Source: Octopus vulgaris
Taxonomy: Eukaryota
Reading direction: 5' to 3'
Assembly: GCA_951406725.2 (NCBI GenBank)
Contig: OX597824.1
Location: forward strand, 26,350,001-26,414,000
Length of the DNA stretch: 64,000 nt
The notes under the pieces are model-generated. The model had not been told where the DNA came from. It worked only from the letters and a program-made list of their open reading frames with translations, and searched no databases. Below are positions 56,975-64,000 of this stretch, piece after piece (the stretch's first letter is position 1; the number at the start of each line of letters is the position of its first letter). The position numbers and the translations under genes are program-made.

Positions 56975-58210
56975 GCGCCGCCGCCGCCGCCGCCGCAAAA
57001 ATCCACCACCACCACCATCACTGCCACCGCCACCACCACCATCGCCACCATCACCAGCAACAACATCAGCATTACCACCACCACCACCACCACCACCACC
57101 ACCACCATCGCCACTACCACCACCAATACCACCATCACTACTACCACCACCCCTACATCCACCATCACTGCCACCGCCGCCACCACCATCGCCACCACCA
57201 TCGCCACCACCATTGCCACCACCATCGCCACCACCACCAGCAACAACATCAGCATTACAACCACCATCACCACCACCACCACCACCACCACTACCACCAC
57301 CACCACCACCACCACTACCACCACCACCACCACCACTACCACCACCACCACCACTACCACAACCATCACTGCTACGGCCGCCACTACCACCAGCAACATC
57401 AGCATTACCACCACCACCACCACCACCACCAAGAACATCTACCCCTATCCACCCTCACCTCGCCACCACTATTACTCTGATAGTCACCATTCCCAATGCA
57501 CCTCAATCCATTAAAAGTAACACTATAACCTGCACCGTCACCATAAACACCACTACTACCACCATTACTGTAACGATATTCAACATCACTACTGCCACAA
57601 CTATCACTATTAAAACCAGCATTTCCACTACTACCACCGCCATCTTTACTACCACCATCAAAACCATCACCCTATCTCAATTACCACCGTCTTTTCTAAC
57701 ACACATACACCCCACCATCGCCACAAGACCACCACCACTGCCATCACCACCACCACCACCACCTCTTCCACCAGCGGCAGCAGCACCACCAGCGTCAGCA
57801 GCGGCACCAGCGTCACCACCAAGGTCACCATCAACATAAACCACCAGCACCGCCATCAATAACACCACCGCCACCACCATCCACCACCACCACCACCACC
57901 ACCACCACCACCATCACCATCACCATCACCACCACCACCACCACAACCACCACCGCCACCGCCGCCTTCACCGCCACCACCACCACCACCACCACCACCA
58001 CCACCACCACCACCACCACCACCACCACCACCACCACCACCCCCCACCACCATAACTACAACCCTTCAAATTCATTCACAACGCCCTGACTCAAACACTT
58101 TCAGCTTCTACATTGCTAAATGTGCCCTTAACTGTCCATCACTGCCACCATCACAACCACAGCCACCACCACCAGCAGCAGCAACAACAACAACAACAAC
58201 AACAACAGAA
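56975..58210. repeat. (CCA)n-rich trinucleotide array
   Basis: Direct. Confidence 0.9.
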
Positions 58211-58619
58211 GCAAAACAACTAAAGGAACACAACAACAAGAGCAGCAGCAATTATAAACAAATCCCCAACCCTGAAAAGGTAAAAAAGAAAAAAAAGAAG
58301 AAAAAGAAAAAAAAGAAAAACAAAAAAATTAGTGGGGGAAAAAAGAAAAAAAAGAATCCGCCAATCCGGATAAGATTTGTTGCGGAAACAAATCGCAAAG
58401 CTCACCGGTTTCACTAGCAGTGTGGAAAAAAATAAATCAATGAGACTTAATGATATTTCAGCGAAATCCACCGAGACTTGGCGAAGTCTATTCGGTATTT
58501 CCCGCCTGTCAGTGTCGTTGACCAGTCAATGACATATAGGTTGGAAAAGGAAAACAACAGAAAGGTTTAAGCCGAGAAAATGCAAAAAAAGGGCATACAT
58601 ACATACATGCATACATACA

Positions 58620-58651
<32 letters not shown>

Positions 58652-59090
58652 AATGTATATAAATACACACACACATATATATATATGTATGTGTGTGTGT
58701 GTGTGTGCACATATGTATACACGGATACACACGCACACATATATACATACATACATGAAAGCATATACCAATAAATCTAAATAAGTATATATGTGTGTGT
58801 GAGTGTATGAGAAGAATACATGCATACATACATACATACATACACACACACATATACATATATGCATGTATTTATGTATGCATACTTAAGAATATATACA
58901 CTGACAACACACACATGTCATGTATATATATATATATATATATATTTTATAATAATATAGTTAATATTATATATTGACTACATATATCTATCTACCTATA
59001 TTTGTATATGTCTGTATGTATATATATATAGATACACGGATATATATATATAAAAAAAAAAAAAATATATATATTATTATATATATATAT

Positions 59091-59138
<48 letters not shown>

Positions 59139-59156
59139 ATTTTATATATTTATTTA

Positions 59157-59260
<104 letters not shown>

Positions 59261-59269
59261 TATATATAT

Positions 59270-59303
<34 letters not shown>

Positions 59304-59305
59304 AT

Positions 59306-59403
<98 letters not shown>

Positions 59404-59701
59404 ATGGTAGCTGTTCGGGGATGCAGATCTTCAAATGCAATAAATTAAATAGTTCACTAAAATATCGCGGGCTTTCATTTGGAGCACATCTCGTAGTTAT
59501 AGTGGAAAAGACGAAAGAAGAAAAGAAATGAATAAAGAGGATGTAAGGAAAAACAATGGACGATGTTAGGAGAAAATAATGGAGGAGAAAAAAAAAGATG
59601 ATGAAAAAGAAAGTAGCCGAGAAGAAGAAGAAGAAGAAACAGAAGAAGAAGAAGAAGAAGAAGAAGAAGAAGAAGAAGAAGAAGAAGAAGAAGAAGAAAC
59701 A

Positions 59702-59780
<79 letters not shown>

Positions 59781-60689
59781 AAGAATGAGAAGAAACAGGA
59801 GGAGGAAAAAGAAGAAAAAAGAAGGCGAAAAGGAAAGGAGGAGGAATGAGAAGAAAGAAAAAGAAAGGAAAAAGGAGAAAGAAGGAAAGTAAAGTGAGGA
59901 AGTAAGAAAGCAGAAGAAGGAAGAAAAAGCAGATTAAGAAAAGAAGGAAAAGAAGAAAAAAAGAAAGAGTAAGAAAAAGAAAAGTAGAGGAAGAAGAGAA
60001 AGAGGAAATGAGAGGGAAGTAGAAGAAGAAAAAAGATTAAGAAGGCAAAATGAAGGAAAAAGGAAAATAAGAAAGAATAGGTAGAGATTAAAGGAGGAAG
60101 AAGAAGATGCCGAGAAAATAAGAGAATAATGGTAGCAGCTGAAGAAACGGCAGATGAATGAGGATTAGACGAAAGAAGAAATTTGATTTGACTGTTATTA
60201 TTTAACGCCAGATCAGCTTTTGTTGAACACATTCTTCGATCAATTGCGTTCCATCCACGCCAATCCGATTCTTTTGTCCATTAATGAGTATCAAATATTA
60301 CTATTACCGAAGTCCTTCTCTTTCCTAGACTATATAATACGATGAAGAATTGGTTGCTATTTCAAACAGATCATGAAATGACGGAAGCCTCTTTGCTGTT
60401 TCCACATGAAGTTAGAGGATAGAATGGCGACAAAAAAATAATAATAAAGGATGAAAAAAAAAGGTGGGAGAAAAGAATGAGATAAAATACAAGGGAAAAG
60501 AAATAACAATGGTTGACACTAGAGGACATGTGAAGAGAACTTTACGTAGGAAACGTTATATAGATGAACATAAAAAAGATTGAAAAGAAGTGTCGAAACT
60601 GTACTGGTGTTTGGTTACCCTGTAGCGTTCACCTGTACCAAGGAATGAAGTTACGGGCATTCGTACTTTTTTACAGTCATTAATACTGA

Positions 60690-61055
60690 TTTCAAACTTT
60701 GGTATAAGGCCATCCATTTCGAGGGTGGGATGAAATCAGTTACATCAACCCCAGTGCTCAATTATTTGATCAACCCCGAAAGGTTGAAAGGGAAAGTGGA
60801 CCTCGCGGGTATTTGAACTCAGAACGTAAAGTCAGGCGAAATGCTGCCAAGCATTTTGCACCGCGTGCCAACGATTTTGCCAGCTCGCCACCTTAATAAG
60901 CCATCAATATTGGTTTTAAATATTGGCATAAGGCTAGTAGTTTCGGAGAAAGGGATAAACCGATTATGTCAACCCTAAAAGAACGAAAGACAAAGTGGAC
61001 CTCGCCGGAATTTGAACTCAGAACGTAAAGACAGACGAAATGCCGCTAAGCATTT
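60690..61055 (-). mobile_element. Two diverged SINE family B copies
   Basis: TTTGAACTCAGAACGTAAAG and GCCAGCTCGCC motifs. Confidence 0.7.
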
Positions 61056-61747
61056 ACTTAAGCCCTACTCCTTTTTTTACGGTGTATAAGTAACTAATTG
61101 GAACGCTACTCCGTAGCAAGGATCAAAGCCAGTCATTATGAGTGGAGGTGGGGTGGGTAGTGGCGATTACATCAGCCCAAGTACTTGGCTGGCAGTGAAT
61201 GCGTCGTAGCTTAGTGGTTAGGTGTATTTGGCTTACGATCGTAAGGTCATTAGTTCAATTCACTACAGCGCGTTGTTCCTTGAGCAGGACACTTTATTTC
61301 CCGTTGCTTCAGTCCGCTCAGCTGGCAAAAATGGGTTGTATCCCTTTCGGAGTTGATGAAATAGATACTAGTTGAGCAATGGAGGGGGGGTCCATTTGAA
61401 TAGACTTAACCTCTTCCCTAAAATTTGCTGGCTTTGTGCCAACATTCGAAACCAACATTAGAAACCAGTGCTTCTTTAAAAACAAAAAAACAAAAAACGT
61501 CGATGGAGTGTCGGAATCGTGAAATAATTGGATAAAATAACTTCCAATACTGAGTTACACTCTTAAGTTGTGAGTTTAAATCCCATCGCAGTCATATTTG
61601 TTTCTATATTTCTGGGTTCGATAAAATACGGTAAATTGTCTTAAATATGAACACATGCCCTGTTTCACATCTTAAACCCTTAATCTGTTTAACCAACTGA
61701 ATACAGACGTTCCTGCAGAAATCAAGCACAAGATCACATGATTAACA

Positions 61748-61892
61748 GAGACGATTGCGTATGGAGCAGAAATAACTTCTACCGCGCCAGGCCACACAAA
61801 GACACGCCAACCAACTGAGCTGAAGAGCAACATAGGCTTGGTGAAGGGCAAATTCAAACAGCCTTATTCTAGCCATACTACATCTTTTAGGT
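61748..61892 (+). pseudogene. Remnant of a second PLE GIY-YIG endonuclease
   Basis: ETIAYGAEITS...KSNIGLVKGKFKQPYSSHTTSFR resembles the PLE IY.A....YIG.T...FK.RY..H..SF pattern. Confidence 0.5.
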
Positions 61893-61964
61893 GCGTCAGT
61901 AAGAGAATCACAACCACACTGCCCAACATGTGAAAGCTGAAATGTGAAGTCTTTTGCATTAGTT

Positions 61965-62265
61965 TTTTTGTTCCTTCTCGAACCATGCCTGATTCATAAG
62001 GGCCGGTTTCCTGGTTTCTTGGCGTATAGGTTCCTCACCTGAACGGGACGCCGGTCCGTCGCAGGTGAGCTGCAAGATGCAGGAGGAAAGAGTGAGAGAA
62101 AGTTGTGGCGAAAGAGTCAGCTGAAGTTCACCATTACCTTCTGCCGGAGCCGCGTGGAGCTTAGGTGTTTCGCTCATAAACACATACATCACTCGGTCTG
62201 AGATTCGAACCCGCGATCCCTCGACTGCGAGTCCACTGCTCTAACCGCTTGACGATGTGCCTCCT
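61965..62265 (-). mobile_element. SINE with family C head and a different 3' part
   Basis: Head rc of ..GATTCGAACCCGCGATCCCTCGACTGCGAGTCC..; GAGCGAAACACCTAAGCTCCACG shared with family C. Confidence 0.72.
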
Positions 62266-63960
62266 CTCTGCATTAATAATGTCTTATAATTTCAACACAA
62301 GCCATTAAATGTACAAAGAATCTATCTGTGCAGTTGACTGACCTCAATACATAGTTGGCGCTTATTTACATCAGTCCAAAGGGCATGAAAGGCAAAGTAG
62401 AGACTCTATCCTCTTCGGCGCCATTATTTGAATATAGAATACAGGAGAATGGATTATATTCAGCCAGATACTAGCACCGGAATTCTATCAAAACTATCAC
62501 TCTCTCGTCCAAACATCTCTTTTATTTTTTACTTGTTTCAGTTATTGGACTGTGGCCATGCTGGGCTATTGCCTTGAACGGTTTTAGTCAAATAAATCGA
62601 CCCCAGCATTTATTTCTTGTCTGGTACTTATTCTATCGGTCTCTTTGGCCGAAGCAGCTAGGTTACGGGAAGGTATTTCAGCAGACTCAAAAGTACCACC
62701 CATAAAAGTGTCGCTTTGGACCGGGCTGCCTCGGACCAATCCCTCACCCACCGTCTAGCCGTGTTACTGTAACTGAGTGAATTGTACTCTTAAGGGCCAG
62801 GTGGTAAAGGTAAGCCGTGTCACAGACGAAGCCCACTCCAGAACAGGGACGGCTCATCCTAAAACGGTGGGGTTCATCAGATATGAAGGCAGAATATTTT
62901 AGGTGGTTCACAGAAGAAACAAAAGTTCGTGTGAAGTTTCAAATGAAAAATATTTATTATAGTTAACATTAAAAAATGTCGCAACGAACGACAGAAAAAA
63001 AGAAGATATTTACAAGTGAGTCAGTTGATACATGTTCGTGAGAGATGCGCATGTCAACAATGATGGTGGACTGTAGTAGTCGCTGCATTCCGTAGCCGAA
63101 ACTGAGTGGTGTAAGTTACTGCAGTCGTTGGTCTTGGTTGTATCATGGCGATAAACTGGGTAGCAGGTGTTTCATCTTATATAGCCAAGATCTGGCGAGG
63201 AAAAGGTTCCAAAGACGAAATCATTAATGAAATTTCATTGTTATTTACCCAAAAATGTTTGTTTACAACAACTGGGATTTTAATGACTTGAACATCTTTT
63301 GGTTCTGTTTTCGCTGGTCCTACTAGGTACTGATAAAAAAACGAATTCTTATTGTGTTTGTCGGAGACTTGGATGGGTCGGTCGCTTGCTGACGTCATCA
63401 ATCCTTGACAGAATACTGTTTGTTGTTTTCTTATTTTTACGTTTGACTCAGTGATTCGAGTTCGATTCCTAGGCAGTGATTTGCTATATATTCCAACAAA
63501 CTTCCATGCACTTGAATCTACTAAATTTCATCGACAAGGTTTTGGTTGACTCGAAGCTATTGTAGAAGACAATAGTTTCGGAAAGTATGATTTGAACCTG
63601 GAAATCATGTACAAGTGAAGTGAATTTCTTAACCACAGGTCTATTCATGCGCCCTTAAACTTTGATGCGGTAGGTTGAGCAAGTTTAAAAAAAAGTCAAT
63701 ATTACAAACCAGTTAGCTTCAATAAAAAAATATTTCTAAAGCTGTGATTTATTATAATTGTCTATCAAACTAGTTTTTACAAAGTCATATATTCTATACA
63801 ATTTTTTAATATACTTATTTAAATTTTTACTTGTTTATTATTATATATACTTTCTTTAGCGTATTCCGGAGTCCCCTCCTTCTTTCTAATTCATTTACTC
63901 TTTCTATGTACATTTCTTACATGCCCTCACATCACCTAGTGTGTGTCTATCTATTTATTC

Positions 63961-64000
<40 letters not shown>

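Noticed and set aside
56851-57839. 322-aa Pro-rich and 209-aa His-rich ORFs (formin- or extensin-like)
   Set aside because: Translations of a (CCA)n array that is open in several frames; no domain context
62900-63410. mariner remnant (SSYSQDLA-like)
   Set aside because: Too degenerate to delimit or call confidently

Overview
AT-rich, microsatellite-saturated animal genomic DNA. It is most likely Octopus (inferred from the SINE families and the (TA)n/(CA)n/(TATG)n/(TATC)n load; not confirmed by search). I can support no host protein-coding exon, and nearly all listed ORFs are microsatellite or SINE artefacts. Real content: (i) a near-intact Penelope-like retroelement (PLE; RT + GIY-YIG, Neptune-type) at ~15.1-18.6 kb, whose 3' pLTR-like region carries promoter repeats and a hammerhead-like motif; (ii) several non-coding elements with type I hammerhead ribozyme (HHR) motifs, including two ~350-nt terminally redundant, retrozyme-like monomers (32.1 kb, 42.3 kb) and an inverted-repeat pair (11.3 kb), some with the compensatory U3:A8 core; (iii) decayed Tc1 and mariner transposases, a MITE, a non-autonomous Helitron and two RLE-type non-LTR 3' ends abutting (CATA)n; (iv) dozens of copies of three tRNA-headed SINE families; (v) a few unique, motif-dense islands that may be cis-regulatory. 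All structures were derived by eye, with no folding software or database searches.
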